A DNA stretch of 64,000 nucleotides from Rhina ancylostomus (Eukaryota), in assembly GCA_030265395.1 (NCBI GenBank), contig JARFYF010000029.1, positions 17,285,990-17,349,989 on the forward strand, read 5' to 3'. Positions 63,480-64,000 of the stretch are shown piece after piece. Below the pieces are notes generated by a model. That model saw nothing but the letters and a program-made list of their open reading frames with translations, did not search any database and was not told where the DNA came from. Position 1 is the stretch's first letter, and each line of letters begins with the position of its first letter. The position numbers and the translations under genes were made by a program.

Positions 63480-64000
63480 TTGAAGTAACAAACCATTTCC
63501 TAATATTTGACACCTGATGATGCATATCCAGATTAGATTGCATCTTTTTCAGTACGCACAAAGAGGCTTCAAGGTCATATAGACAAGCTGAGCAAGAGGC
63601 AGATGGAATATAATGTGGAAAAATGGTAGATCATTCACTTGGCCTCAAAAAATAAATTGAGGTGGTGTTGATATTCAAATGGTTCTAGGTGGGCCCGTAT
63701 TACTGAAAGTGCTACAATACTATGCATAGTTTATGACAATAAGTGCCAGTATACTGCAAGTGCCACAAATAATTGGGATGGCAAATGGTATGTTGGCTTT
63801 TATTAATGGAGGATTTGAAAACCAGTGTAGAGTTTTACTGGAATTGTGTGGGCCTTGGTGAGACTGCCCTGGAGTACTGTGTACATTTTTGCTTTCTGTA
63901 TTTGCCATAGAGGGAGTGCAGTGGAGATTCACTAGACTGGTTCTAGGGATGGTGAGTTTGCCCTCTGAGAGACTGAGCAGACTAGGCCTGTATTCTCTCA
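63480..64000 (+). mobile_element. CR1 LINE ORF2 fragment running off the window
   Basis: gcagatggaatataatgtggaaaaatg, ggcaaatggtatgttggcttttatt, gccttggtgagactgccctggagtactgtgtaca, gattcactagactggttctaggg. Confidence 0.8.

Noticed and set aside
46843-64000. FBXL14 or Wnt-domain exons expected from synteny
   Set aside because: No F-box/LRR or Wnt cysteine-pattern sequence is visible; these probably lie beyond the window, so the WNT5B call remains indirect.

Overview
Eukaryotic (vertebrate) genomic DNA from a gapped draft assembly. The repeat families (V-SINEs, Deu-type SINEs, CR1/L2/Rex/RTE/Tx1 LINEs, Penelope hairpins, Harbinger relics) point to a cartilaginous fish; that assignment is inference. 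One protein-coding exon is firmly recognisable: the last coding exon of ERC1/ELKS (17382-17519, +, ending ...QQIADHCPDILELVVNALEESS*). Bases 1-17381 are therefore probably its last intron and ~17520-20000 its 3'UTR. An intergenic stretch with several enhancer-like blocks follows, then a ~10.5 kb CpG-retaining domain (~40.8-51.4 kb). This domain holds a CpG-island promoter and a first exon ending ATG CAG|GTGAGT, most likely WNT5B by ERC1-WNT5B synteny and by analogy with the two-codon first exon of WNT5A. The rest is probably intron 1, carrying a decayed two-gene Harbinger transposon. Nearly all ORFs in the supplied track are spurious or transposon remnants. The most notable observations are a ~1.9 kb TTAA-flanked foldback element, two LTRs that share one target-site duplication around unrelated DNA, hammerhead-ribozyme cores in Penelope hairpins, and the two-codon WNT5-type first exon. 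I found no convincing new multi-gene system. Repeat boundaries are approximate and family names come from recalled consensus motifs, not from searches.
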